A DNA stretch of 62,815 nt, counting the filler. It is 12 parts of 12 records of this genome, joined end to end, with 100 filler letters (N's around TTAATTAATTAA, not from the genome) between each part and the next. Parts side by side here need not be neighbours in the genome. Positions count along the whole stretch, not along the records: positions 22,504 to 26,672 come from SRR9670534_1573; positions 26,773 to 33,397 come from SRR9670534_1576; positions 33,498 to 38,904 come from SRR9670534_1578; positions 39,005 to 41,302 come from SRR9670534_1580; 8 more parts are not named here. The stretch is one strand, 5' to 3'. Shown one piece after another: positions 25,501 to 39,130 of this stretch. Every line of letters starts with the position of its first letter. Position 1 is the stretch's first letter. The position numbers were made by a program, and so were the translations under genes. The notes beneath the pieces are model-generated. The model was not told the DNA's origin. It searched no databases and was given only the letters and a program-made list of their open reading frames with translations.

Positions 25501-26452
25501 TGCTACATACCTAGTCAGTATATATACAAGATGTCGTTGTTGAGCATAAACCTTAGGCCGCAAGGCAGGTTTTTTTGCTTAAAATGTTTTAGGCGCAACT
25601 ATATCCTCATTTATCAATTTAGTATAGCTTGTACTATTACTGATCGGCCACGCAATGCTTCAATTAATAAGAGGTTGGTTCCGCGTGATACAACACTTAG
25701 CAACTGTGGAGATATGCTATTCATGCGCATAAGACAAGCGAAGTTTAATAATTTCAAACTTTTATTAAAAAGCTTATCAGCTTGTGACACAACTCATGCA
25801 ATCGATTTCTAAATTTGCCAGTATTTATACAATGCAATAAATGCAATAAGTGACTACATAGTTCACTATAGTTCACAAGAATATATTCAAGCATGTAGAT
25901 GGTGCTACCAATTGCAACTTGTTGTTAGAAAACGCTTACTGCGAAAATTGCGTATGATAATGCAAGCATTTGTGCACGCACCAAGTTGTTTCGGATTTTT
26001 TGACAACTCATGACTATATTTTGTTTTGCAGAAGTTCAATATCTCGCACGAACATTGATCAAAAACACTTGATAACAAATTTGGTTACAAAAGAAGAAAA
26101 GGCCATGATTGATAAATCTTTACTTACTCAAAACAATGAACAAAGCGACTCGAAAAACGAAGATGTGATCACTGCTGAAAATGTTCAAAATGATCATGAA
26201 GATGAAGGTGAGGATGACGGATCTGTATCATCAGATTCTACTATTGACAGACTATCATCTAAATCGCCATCACCACCAAGAATCATTGGTTTGTATTATA
26301 GTTTAAGTTAAAATTTTGTGACAAATGGCTTTAATAATATATATTCTATAGAAAGAGATGTTCCTCAGAGAAGTGGTTCGTATAACGCCAGTCTTAGAGA
26401 AAATCGACCCAACTTCATTAATGTTCCTATTACCCTTGAACATAACAATGCA
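22589..26452 (+). CDS. PPP1R12: Protein phosphatase 1 regulatory subunit 12 (myosin phosphatase targeting subunit), 5' part
   Basis: Exons 22589-22873, 24612-25027, 25131-25275, 25324-25448, 26032-26288 and 26352-26452, all frame-compatible. MyPhoNE-type RREQIQRW, QIHF at the KVKF position, and ankyrin repeats (NVDGLTALHQA, DNEGWTPLHAA, GATALHVAAAK, DGWTPLHAASHWG). Confidence 0.93.
23097..23145. repeat. Perfect 24-bp inverted repeat with a 1-nt spacer, in PPP1R12 intron 1
   Basis: TTAGTACGTCGTACTATGTACATA-C-TATGTACATAGTACGACGTACTAA. Confidence 0.95.
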
Positions 26453-27208
26453 GTAAGTCTTTCATTTTTATACCTTTTTATCAATATTATGAATTAAGTC
26501 AATTTTACACACTAACAGCTCATAGGCAAGCGCTTAAAGTTTGAGTCTTTCACTGCTTTAGTAACGTAGATGTACTGTAGATTAGGGGGCTCAAAAAATG
26601 AAAAGTTTTATTTTTAAGATGTGAATCCCTTCAAGGGATTCCCTTGTCAATATTGAGCTGCTCTTTACGAAANNNNNNNNNNNNNNNNNNNNNNNNNNNN
26701 NNNNNNNNNNNNNNNNTTAATTAATTAANNNNNNNNNNNNNNNNNNNNNNNNNNNNNNNNNNNNNNNNNNNNTTGCTCAACTTATGTTGAATACTACTGT
26801 ACATACACTACTTAGTAGGTACATACTATGTATGCCATGGTATTAGGCCTGCCTGCCCCAGTAAGTAAGTAGTGTCTATAGGGTACGCATAACTACCTAC
26901 ATCCCTACTTAGTAGGCCTACTGTACCTGCTTGGTATTACCTACCCTACTTACTCCATTCCTAGTAGGAATTTCCTACATTTGTAGTACAAATTTTGTAC
27001 GCTGTTGTACCATACTTATAATAATAAAATGCCTACCTAGGTAGGTAATACCAAATCTCTCTATAGCAACGTTGCTATAGAGAGCCTTGGTAATGCACAA
27101 CGGTAGTACCGTTACGGTACCATCGGTATGTAATGTGCTGCATAGGAAACTCCTATTATAATACCTACTTGGTAAGTAGTACTTACCAAATGGTTGTAAA
27201 CTAGACAA

Positions 27209-27748
27209 ATGGAAATTAGTGCTGACGAAAATCCGGAAGGACTGACTACTAAACGTGAAGTTAGTGAAATGACGTACGAAGATCAGTTGCGTTTTGCCAG
27301 CCTGATTGCGAAACCTATGGCAAGTAAAAAACTTACAAAGAGAATCTTTAAAACTTTGATGAAGGCTAGAGAAGAGAGGAAGAAATTCCATGTTGGCGTT
27401 AAAGCTATTCAAAGGGCAATAAGGAAGAACAAGACAGGAATTGTTGTTTTAGCAGGAGATGTAACTCCAATTGATATCTTTTCTCATCTTCCCGTTTTAT
27501 GTGAAGAAAACAATATTCCTTATTGCTTTGTACCACACAGATTTGGTCTTGGCGCCGCCTGTCGATCGAAACATGCCGTATGTGTTCTGGCAGAGTCAAC
27601 AGAAGCGATAGCAAAAGATATGAATAAATGTATTAAAGAAATGGGTAAACTGGAACAAGTACCTCAAGTTAAGATTAGGATAAGTTGCACTACGATATTT
27701 CTTGGTGGCATAAGTTGTAGTAGATTGTTGCATAAGTACGTACATTAG
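27209..27748 (+). CDS. NHP2: H/ACA RNP subunit 2 (L7Ae family), intronless
   Basis: IAKPMASKKLTKRIFK, GVKAIQRAIRK and GIVVLAGDVTPIDIFSHLPVLCEENNIPYCFVP match NHP2. The last ~25 codons are non-homologous repetitive sequence. Confidence 0.9.
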   Translation: MEISADENPEGLTTKREVSEMTYEDQLRFASLIAKPMASKKLTKRIFKTLMKAREERKKFHVGVKAIQRAIRKNKTGIVVLAGDVTPIDIFSHLPVLCEENNIPYCFVPHRFGLGAACRSKHAVCVLAESTEAIAKDMNKCIKEMGKLEQVPQVKIRISCTTIFLGGISCSRLLHKYVH

Positions 27749-28352
27749 TAGTAGGCATAAGTTGCATAAGTAGGTACATACGATTGTGAATGCTTATTAC
27801 CACCGAGTAATAAGTTGTTTATTGCTCTGTGGCTTATTAGTAGGTGCAGTACATGGTCTGCGACTAAATTGTATATGTACTTACCATATCAGTCAGTACA
27901 GTGTCTGTACTACAGACTATACAGTAAGTATACATATAGGTATAGATGTAAGTTTAATATGAAAGGATTTCAATTACATAATGTTACTTATTAATAATAC
28001 ATAATGATAATAATGATTCATCTATTTACCAATGGAATTGTACATCTTGCATTCCTTGTACTGTACAACAGTAAAATTTCACAGACTGACAGTCTGTGAA
28101 TCACAGTACCGCAGTTTTTTATTAGATAATTACCATATTCATGTAGGTAGTTATTATTATTATTAATTAATAATAATGATTCAACAATAAAACAGAACTG
28201 GTAGATTTGTGGATAATTACCTAATTAATAATAAGCATGTCTACTCAAATTGACAGAGAGCATATTATTCGAGAATATAATAATAGAGAGAGCATATGTA
28301 ATACAAGAATATCTAAATAAGAATTGCCACTGAATCTTCAAGAACCTTCTAC

Positions 28353-31300
28353 CTACTTGGTAACTCCGTAGATTTGCTTCATCCTGTTACGCCAGAGCAT
28401 TCTTCGCCAATTTTGAGCAATTGCAATGGCTTCAACGTCCTCGGGTGCTGAGGACATCTTATTGATTGAAAATCCCTTATTAATAAGACAGAAAATGTTC
28501 AACAAAGATGTTCAACAGTTATTATTACTTAATTTAAGCGTACTACCTATTACGTTAGTATTTATTATCGAATGATTATGTAAAGTTTATATATGTTTTT
28601 TCAAGTTAATTTCACACCTTTACCGCTGCTATTTCAATGGACTTGAAAGTTGACATAAGAGCTTTCAGCAAATTTTTTGCGTTTTCAGTGTAAGACCTAT
28701 CCTGAAATAGAAATGTTTTGAATTTTAGTCGAGACAATAATTTAATACCGCTGTAATGCTCAAAGAACTATAATTAATAATAATAAATTTTATGATTATT
28801 AAAACAAAAAAAACAAAAGAAATTACTGGAAAAGGTAGAATTGATCTGGAGAGGGCTTTAACTTTTGTTATCATCATAAGTTGTTCAGAGAACCCTACCA
28901 TTTCAGTAGCTGACCTTTTTAAATTCTTTTTAATACTAAATATGAATTGCATGCAAGAAACAATTATGTTAGGGTAAAGGATCACCCTGGGTCCATGCAG
29001 TATTTCCAGATAACATTAACAAATCCTTGTATTGTCTTTATTCCATCTGATACATTTTTGGAGTACATCATGACCTTTTCTTTAAACTACACAGGACATT
29101 TCGTAAGGTAACATACTTTGGCGGAATAATAATGGCAGTTTACCTTGGCTATTTCGCTTGACCTGATAATCCTTTCTAATTGCAATACAGTCGAGACGAT
29201 ATTCCTTGCTGCAAGTACAACGTAATTTCCATTTCCGTCCCATTCCTTCAGAGATTCAAGGCATTCATTGGCCGTATTCTGTCATTATTATAAAAAAGAG
29301 CAATTTATTAATGATTGTTATTATTATTATTAATTTGCAATATTTTGTTAGGTTCGCCAGCTACTTACAAACGATTAATTAATAATGATAACTATTAATA
29401 ATGTACTTTTAATAAAGAAGCTAAGTTAGACTCCTCGTCATCACTTTGAGTAGGAAAATCAGACCTTGAATCATCAATAAATTTGCTGGTATCCCCTACA
29501 AAATGGTTCGCCATCAGTTTTCTCATGTCCTCTACATCTCTTCTCTCCCTTTCTATCTTATAAGCGGTTGGAATATAGGAGGCACATTGTGGTTTGTCTT
29601 GTATAATCATATTCACTTTGGGTGCAAAAGGTCTGCAGAATGCTCGTTCATATTTCCTATGTTGTCATCAAATTATTATTAATAATAATATAATAACTCA
29701 AAACTTACCTTGGGTCTTCTGTCGTCGTCAATTCTGATTTGAGATACATATGATTGGAAATTGACTTACCTTCTTGTTTTCTAATAACACTATTATTATT
29801 TGTTTATTTATTATTAATATTCAATGATTATAATTTCAGAATAATTTTAAATATTGGGATAAATTTATCAACAAATACCAATTAATTCTAATTTTATTAA
29901 ATTTTCAACTTAATTTCAAATATCACCTTTTAGTGAGACGAGAGCCAAAATTATGTGGTAATGTTTTAAATGCATAACAAGACGGAGTTGCTGATATGTT
30001 TCTTCTAGGAATTTGAGGAGAAGTGGAAGCCAATTTAAAGCGCCTTTCAAAGTTCTGATTTCTTACTTGTTCTCTATCAATATTGGTCAGCCTGACCACA
30101 GATTCATTATCAGTAACTTCATCGGATCTGGTAGAACCTTCTGAGGAAAAATTAACGCTTTCAGATCTGGAAGACAAGACATCTAAAGACAAAAACCAAG
30201 AACTACCAATTCTTTGCATCGCAACTAAAAGTATCACCTGATATATTTTTGCTAAATTCTATGGACAAGGTGTCATTCTTGCTAATATTGTGCATGGAAA
30301 TTGCCCAAAGGCGTTTGGCTCTATTTACATCAGACAAATTGCATGCGTTTACTAAAAAGGTCATTTTCATATAGTCATTCATAACTAATTTGTTTCGTAC
30401 ACGAAAGTGCCTGAAGACTCTGAATGAGGTTAGGTGTTAGTATCCGTAGTGTTTGCAATTCTTCCAAAAGGTTTAATTTGGCAAAACAAGAACCTTTACT
30501 GTCACAAGAAAACTTCAGAATGTTTTGTCTGAAGGTTCTGCAGAAGCCTTCAAAGGTAATCAGTTTTTCATCAAAAATTTCTCTTTGAATTGAGCATGGA
30601 AACTTTGCAGACATTTTTGCAATATCCAATGCCATTGCTATTAATTTATTAATAGGATTTAAAAAATCCTTAAGAACATCTTCTACTATCTAAAGATTTA
30701 ACAGTCTACACTACTAAAGACTATAAAGTTTATAGTATAAACTAACAAAGCAACCTTTTAGCAATTTAATAAATTGTAATGCAGATGTTATATACTATAA
30801 ATATCAATAAGAAGTTACGAGAAGTTCTGAATCAGTGACTTCTTGGGAACCCTTATTCTTGATCCAACAGTTTGCATTGCAAGTTGCTCTTTTATTCTTG
30901 CCAGTGACAAAGTTATTATTTCTAAAACATGTATAACAATATTATTATTAATAATAGCATATATTACACATGTAAGTTTATACGTTAATAGTCCGTGGAG
31001 TTGGTACATAACATTAGAATAGACTGCGATCTCTTCTAGCCCCATGATCTTATTGTTATTAGTAATAATCAAGCTATAGCTTTTTAATGAATCATGCTTA
31101 TGATGCTAATAATAGTGACATCTCTCGGTGCTTTGTAAGTCACTCTAACCCGTTACTGTATGACTCTAACCAGGTTATGTTGACGGAATATACCTAATAA
31201 TTTAGTACTGACAGAAACGACTTTATAATAACTAATAAATTTACTATACGGAAACGATTTCATACTAATAATTAATTTAATATATGGTGCCAACTCTAAC

Positions 31301-32726
31301 AGTTATTTATTAATGTATCAATTCTAACCTACAGTAGTCAACAGTAACAACGGTCATTATTATTAATAATATTTCATAAAGTATGCTTTCAATACATTTT
31401 TAAAAAACAAAATACAAAAAATTAAGAATAAACTAGTACCAATCATGCAGAATAAACTGGTTACCTTTCATGGGAAAATATTTTATTTAGGCAGCTTTCT
31501 GGGATACTAATCTTTCTAAAGTAATTATCAGTAATAATAATTTGATGATTAGGGCAAAACTACATTCGTTCAAGGTTAATGAAAGTTATTTTTTGTTTAC
31601 CTAGAATCAGTAGAAATTTCAATGCTTTGAGCTGAACCTTTCGTTTCAGACTTCCTTGGCAGTACAATATGGCTAAATCACATTTAACGTACTATACGAG
31701 TGAAAACTTGTATTAGAAGTTATTAAATGTACCTTATTAATAATATTATTATTACTAATAACAAGTACCTATAATATGTAGTACATATTATATAATACTA
31801 CCATAATATGTATTCTTAAGCAATAATTAATAATAACAATATAATTTAATAAGAACCTCAATAATTATAAAAACAATGTAGGTAGCTGTCAGAAAAAATA
31901 ATTGAAATTACCTCGGCGGATTCACGTGGAGTTCGCCTTCTACGTAATATTTGGAACTCATTTTCGTAAATTCACTGCTTCTCCTCTTAACGACCACAAA
32001 CCTATAATAATCAGCTATTGTAAATTATTGCATTTATAATGCTAATATGTATAATGTAATATTTAAGAACAATAGAATAGATATCGCGGTTTGAAAAGGT
32101 GGTTTCTCTTTAAAAATCGGATAGTATCCGACGGATACCCCTTTATACGGTATATACTTGAATGATTTTGTCATTTAGAAATTATTGCACTAACCACATT
32201 AATAAATACAACCTGCGGACAAGAGGGGAAATAGTTAACCTAACGATTATTAAAAATGACCATTGGTCAATCAGCACTTATTTATAAGTTGACAATCTCA
32301 TAACTCGTAAACTTTCAGTGCTTGTTAATAATAATAATTACTATTTCACATTATGATAATTATTTTAAGCAGCATATTTTGAACATTAGTATCTTAGTAT
32401 ACTATAACATTACTACAATATAAAAATAATAATGGTAAATTACAATAGTAAAATTCTTGAAAGGTAAAATTTGTGAACGTTATTATTAATAATAAAGCAT
32501 ACTTAAACGTATTTGTACTTTTGTCAACATAAACACCATCTGAGTTATTTTGTTTGCTGGATGACATAGTCTGCTGTAAATGATAATCCTTTGTTGTTAG
32601 CATTTTGACCAATTTCACAATAAGTCCATGAATAATTTTTAAGTTTTTGCAAGCTATGTTATGACCTGCAACTCGCCCGGGAATTTGAAGAAAATTTCTG
32701 ATTTCTTGCAAAAAAGTTGGTAACAC
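28353..32726 (-). CDS. Vinculin/alpha-catenin-family protein (C-terminal tail domain preceded by a long divergent linker), partial
   Basis: Frame-consistent exons 30182-29927, 29780-29709, 29656-29407, 29278-29144, 29086-28986, 28935-28827, 28701-28618 and 28475-28353 give EWDGNGNYVVLAARNI, YSKNVSDGIKTI, KYCMDPGIKKNL, FSEQLMMITKVKA and ENAKNLLKALMSTFKSIEIAAVKG, collinear with the vinculin tail. Further exon-like blocks up to ~32726 could not be phased reliably. Confidence 0.8.
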
Positions 32727-33373
32727 TATAGAATAATAATAATTTGTAGATCAATTATAATAATAATCCAGAAGATCAATTAAAATAATAATCCAGAATA
32801 ACAATGATTTATTATAATAAACAATAACTTAAGCGGTATATTGTAATCAATATACCTGAATTATTGTTTTTTATATAAAATATAATTAACGTAATTTGAA
32901 TCCAATAAAGTTATAAGTTATAAATATATAAGGTAAAATTGTATATTAATTATGTCAACTAGTCTGTTGGTAAACATATTTAAATTTGGCGGTGTTAAAG
33001 GCGACATCTGTTGTTCGCATAGACGTAACATTGAATAGCATGTCTAACTGCTATGCATACCTTGTCCAATATTATTTGTTATTTGCTGAATCTGGTTAAC
33101 TTGTGCATTTGAAATATCCATTTTCGTGGAAATTCTCATGATGTTGTTTTCAATGTAATCCAGGAATCTCATGATCTTGAAGTGAATTATTTCTGCAGTA
33201 CAACGAACATCCACAAGGCTTTTTATATTTACAAATGAAATACACTTGAATATTTCTTTAGTTATGCTCCTCCCTAAGTTTTATACATTTATTATTTATT
33301 ATATTTATCAAAATAATAACACAGATTCTAATGTAATTCATAAATTCGTTACTAATTATAATGTGATGTACAT

Positions 33374-33397
33374 ATAATAATAATAATAATAATAATA
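33374..33397. repeat. (TAA)n microsatellite at a contig end
   Basis: About 8 TAA units run into the spacer. Confidence 0.9.
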
Positions 33398-35506
33398 NNN
33401 NNNNNNNNNNNNNNNNNNNNNNNNNNNNNNNNNNNNNNNNNTTAATTAATTAANNNNNNNNNNNNNNNNNNNNNNNNNNNNNNNNNNNNNNNNNNNNTGT
33501 GCATCTGAATTCTCCAAAAAATTTTTTATGAAGCACCCTGCTGTATATACTACAGGGCCTGTTATACATTCAGCATTAGAATTTCACATTGCAACGTCAT
33601 TGTAGGCCTATAGGACCTGTAGTATAGGTATTTCAAAGTTATTAATCAAAATGAGAGCCACAATTCTGATCTAAATGTTTAAAAGAAATTAAGAGGTTAT
33701 TATTAAGCCCTTACAATCGAAAAAATTGTTATAAAAAATAGTAAGGTTTTGTTCGTTGTGAAATAGTAGAAAGTTTACAATATAGGTTAATTGGCGCGAA
33801 AATCTTTATAATAAATTATAGAATTGGAACGACTTTAGAACGACCATCATCTCTGAAAGATCCTAGTCGCTAGTCATCTCACCCAATTTTCTAAGCTGTG
33901 TTCATATACAAATCTGTGAAAGAGAAAGATGCATCTTCTCGAAAACTGCACCATAGGAGAAAAATGGATTTCATTTTTTAAATGCACATAGCAAATTAAC
34001 AGTTTCTCAACAAGAGCTAAGACACTACAAAACATAATAAAAGATGTCTATATTTTCTTATATATTATTATTGATTTTTCAAAAACAAAAATGCTTTTCA
34101 GTGATTGCAAATATGTACTTAGCAGTAGTAGTAGCATCTGTTATGTATGTATTGCAATAAATGTATGCTATATCCAGGCTATTTCATTATCTACCAAGAA
34201 ATCAGCCGTAAAAAAGAGCATCACGTGCAGACACGCCCACGCTAAATTATGCATTTATCTAACTGACATCTTTCCTTGATTTTTTACAAGAACAAACTTG
34301 TTCAATTTATGTCATGTGTAATTGAAAATAAATGTTGCATATACCATAGGGAAATGGAAATTGCGCGAGATACATTGCTGAGGGACCTGTATCCTAGAGT
34401 TGACATAAATGCACCATATAATTGCCCCTATTGCAAAAGTAACCTCATGAAAAAGTCATTTATAACTTGCAAAATCAATACATCCCCAACATAATTACCT
34501 TTTAAGTTAAGTTGATTAAAAAAATATGTTGCTGTCAGTAAATAAATATAAACAAAGTCATTTTTCATTTCTGTAATGACATATTTGGTTATTATTACTA
34601 TTATTAATGAAAAACAAAGCCATATGGTTAATAATAATAATAACCTTGCCCAGTTCAAAAATTCTGTTTTGCAATTATTGTAAATTACAAATTTTAAATT
34701 ATTAACTAACGGGGTAGCTAATTGCTGGGTATGATAAAGCGATTTGGCCTCATTATGATAAAAGGGGCATTCTTTGTTAGCAATCGGGCAAAGGCTCTTC
34801 GCCACAACCACCCCACGCACAAATGTCAATCAATGATGATTTAATAATATCCTTTAGATTTTAGCAACAACAACAATCAAAAATATCTAAAAATAACCTT
34901 TTAGTAATAAATGAAATGATTGACGAAATAACAAGTCCTCAGACAGCGTTTAATGTTAATTTCGTAAGACAGTGACAATATTGTTGTTGCCACCACCTGT
35001 ATATTAGCTTTATTAGATTTGACAGTTATCATAATTGCAAAATTGTTTTCCCAGAATTTAATATTGCTGCTGCAAATTTGAAGGATCCTTGGAAGAAACC
35101 AATATATGTATATGGGCTGTTTGCTCTTCTTATAAATTATTTATTGCTTGCTCATCCGTGTTGATTCCCTGGCTGGAGATCAACTTCTTCTCGTCAAGTA
35201 ACATTATTAATAATAATAAAATGTGTTCAATTTTCTCTCCTTTATTATTATCCATCATATGACTCAAAATTATTGATTTATCAAATGGGCATCAGTCATT
35301 ATGACAAGCTTAAGATGTTCCACCAATCAGAGTGTAGTATTACATGATGACGTCACGACCAAGTATAGTTATATTGAAAATTTGACTTGACTACGTCACT
35401 TTTACCATAATTATGCTTGACTATTAATGGTAATACTATTTCATTCATTAATGGTAATTTTTCTTTTACCAGTAGATAAACTTTTGTATCTACTACCATA
35501 AAAAAG

Positions 35507-38500
35507 ATGGAGATGGAGGGTGTTACCACAGAGGATCCCACAGATGCAAGGTTTTTTCAAGTTAAACCTACCATACAGCCTGGTGAAAACTTTGCAAGTA
35601 CCACCGTACTTCCAGAAACTGTTTACTTGGGCAATGCCAGCATGAGACATAATAGTCATGGTGAGACTATTGGTTTGAAACCCAGTGAGCGTTGCTACAA
35701 TAGGGCGTCCCTCAAATCAAGAGAGAAAATTGGTGATATTACCTACCAATCACTTATGGCTAATGGTACCTTGAGACCTTTCAAGCAGTTAAAGAGACCT
35801 AAGCAATGTGCAATCCCTCCAGGCCAACCAGGAGAAAGGCTAAGAAGACTTTCAAATAGCTTATCACAGTCCTCAGTATCAATCAATGGGGGTAGTAATT
35901 TAATTACAATGCCATTTTTACCTATTTATTCTCCTATGTGTTGTAATAGAACATGAAGTGGTTCCTATGATTCAGACATGCTCATCCCCAGCAGTTTCAC
36001 TCAAAGCTGGATGTGACATGAACAGTCCATCAAGCAGAGACTCCACCAAAGAGGACAAAATGACAGCTGGTCATAGGTAGGCTTAGCACATTAATAATAT
36101 TAAAAATACTAAATACTCTACTTTATTATGATTCTGAATTATTAGCATTTTGATTAGTTGTATTATAATTGTTTATGATTCAGGGTAAATTACACTTTGT
36201 GTAGCAGTAGTGTACCAAAATAGCTTATTATTGCCTTGATGATGAAAACAAAGTTTGATTTGGTGCTAAACCATTGTTATTATTAAACCTGATTTAATAA
36301 TATTGGGGAAAATAATTATTATAGTAAACAATATATTTGTTGTGCTTCTAAGCTGTACTGATGAATGCTTGACAGCTGTTTGTTGGTTTTACTTTTTTTG
36401 AGTTAATTTGTGCTACCATACACTATAGTGGCCAATATTGATTTAGTATGTGGAATAGTAAAGCATAGTAAAGTTGTCATTAGTAGTAAGAACTTATGAA
36501 GTGTACTAATTATTAAAATAATAAGCATTTTATATTAGCTAAATTGTTAAGCTTTATTTTTTATTTATTATTATTACTAATGAGTGCAATATTTTATGCA
36601 TTAGTTATAGTAATTTACCATGAATAATAATATTTATGTATTAAATATTACATTGTGTTATTAAATTAATAAAAAAAATTTCTTCAGGCAATAATCTGTT
36701 ATTGCTAATCTGGCTAGCAATATTTATTGTAGGAAAATCTTATTATCTATTAATATATCTAGATTATCCCAATGATTATTAACAATAACACTACTGTTAT
36801 AACCTTTTTTCTAATAAAAAATATGAGTAATATGAGTAATAATTTACTATAATAAGTAATTTTTTAAATCAGCATATAATAACTAAAAAATATTTTTTTA
36901 AAAACTTACAGATTATTGTAAAACTGCAAAATACATTATTAATTACATAATTATAAATAATTATTTCACAAATAACATGTCAACATTGTTTCTTAGATTA
37001 TTTATTGGATATTATATTGATAAATTTAATAATAATGAATTTAGTATTATTGAAACTAAACTAATAAATTGAAATAAGAAATATTTATTAAATATTCATC
37101 AAATTTAAAAAAAATTAATTTTGTAGATTCCATGTACTTATAATTAATTATTAAATTTTGAATTATTAATTATTAATTTTAAATTATTAATTTAAAATCA
37201 TTAAATTTTATTCTAAATTAAATATACTTATAAGTGAAGGTAGTAATTATTAAATTTTAATGTTAATTAACAAGATAAATAAAAAATTTTAATTATAAGC
37301 AAAATATTGAGAACAATGTGTGAAAAACTATTACATAATCATATTGTCATATCATACATTTTACAAATGCTGTTATAGGTTGGGCAAGAGAAAGGCATTG
37401 TATGAAAAAAGAAAAACCATTTCAGATTTAACCTTGGCATTTGGCATGTTGGGTATAGCATTGATGGTTCTTGAAACAGAATTATGCAACCATTACCATA
37501 TCTACCAAAAGGTTTGTTGTTGTTTTGTTAGAATATTGCAGTTACCACTATCATTAGTAGGTATTGGTGTTAATGCAGGCTATAATTATTATTGTATTAT
37601 CTATAGCAAAGCCCTTCCAGCTTATGAAATATTTCTGCCATTTCCCTTTGAACCCAAAACATAACAATAATCACTATTATGATATTATTATAATAACAAT
37701 AGTGATCCATTAACTGCTACATTTTTATGAAATTATCATAATAATGGTTGAAGAACAATGGATTGAGTGATATAGTGATGGGTAGTAAGGAAATGGGCAA
37801 AATATTGTTAATTAACACCATTGCTGCTAATTATCATAAAATTCATCAAATCAATATATCATATCTTGTCAATAATAACTAAAGTAAAAAACTTTGTAAA
37901 CAAGATAGATTGTCAAGTGTGTTTATTGTAGTTTATGGTTATGTTCTCATTGCTTATTATAATTAATAATAATAATAAGAATCATAATTTACATATATTT
38001 TTCATCTAGGATGACCTCCCATCCTATGTAATAAAATCCTGCATTAGTGGAAGCACTTTTATCCTGCTGGCATTGATTTGTGCATATCATTATGTTGAAA
38101 TTGAAGTAAACATACATTCATTTCTGGTTTGCTTAATAATAAATTATAAGTATTATTAGTATTAGTAATAATAATGCTATATAGTTTATACTGGTTGAGA
38201 TATAGAGTAAATATGGGTTAGGGTGCATAGAGTAAACTGACATGACAATTATCAAAGTTAAAGTAATTGGGTTTTCTGTTGATGTGTGATTTATTCTAGT
38301 TGTTCATGATCAATAACTGTGTTGAAGATTGGAGGATTGCCCTAAGTCTTAGGAGATGGCTTCATTTTTTATTGGAATTTGCAGCATGTGCCATACATCC
38401 ACCACCTGGTACTGGGACCTTTAGATGGTCAGCTATGCAGTTTAATCAAATTAAGCAAAAAAGTCTGCCTACACACTTACTGCTGGAAGACAGATTTGGT

Positions 38501-38793
38501 GCAAGGGAGGACACAGCACCATTTTTGACTGGAATAACTGCAGATGTACCATCTGACATGGTTTTGTCATTGCCAATGTTTTTAAGGCTCTATCTTATAG
38601 CTAGGGCTATGATGCTTCATAGCAAACTGTTTACTGATGCCTCAAGCAGAAGTATTGGTGCTCTTAATAGGATTAATTTTGACACAAGGTTTGTCCTCAA
38701 GACCTTGATGACAATATGCCCTGGCACCCTTCTGTTGGTATTTATGGTTTCTTGGGTTATTATTGCTGGATGGAATCTTAGAGCTTGTGAAAT
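35507..38793 (+). CDS. KCNN: Small-conductance Ca2+-activated K+ channel (SK), N-terminus to S5
   Basis: Exons 35507-35891, 35950-36076, 37379-37511, 38010-38105 and 38300-38793. Motifs [27 protein letters not shown] and [37 protein letters not shown]. Confidence 0.95.
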
Positions 38794-39130
38794 GTGAGTT
38801 CCTAATCATTTATCAGAAATACATAGGCTAGTGTACTAATAGTAATAATAATAGTGTTGTATAATATATAGTATCAGTATGGTATATTAACAGTAATATG
38901 TTCANNNNNNNNNNNNNNNNNNNNNNNNNNNNNNNNNNNNNNNNNNNNTTAATTAATTAANNNNNNNNNNNNNNNNNNNNNNNNNNNNNNNNNNNNNNNN
39001 NNNNGCGATGTCAAAGTACTTTGACTTGGCGGATGCTAATAATAATATGTAAAGTCTTTGTTGGTGTTGTTTTTTTAATTAATTGATTGCGTGCTTCAAT
39101 ATTTTGTATGGATTTTTTTTAACACTGTAG

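Noticed and set aside
33520-33546. Tc1/mariner-like terminus similar to 44489-44512 (CAG-AGGGTG-TTCA-AAAAAATT)
   Set aside because: These are single unpaired ends on different contigs, so no element can be delimited.
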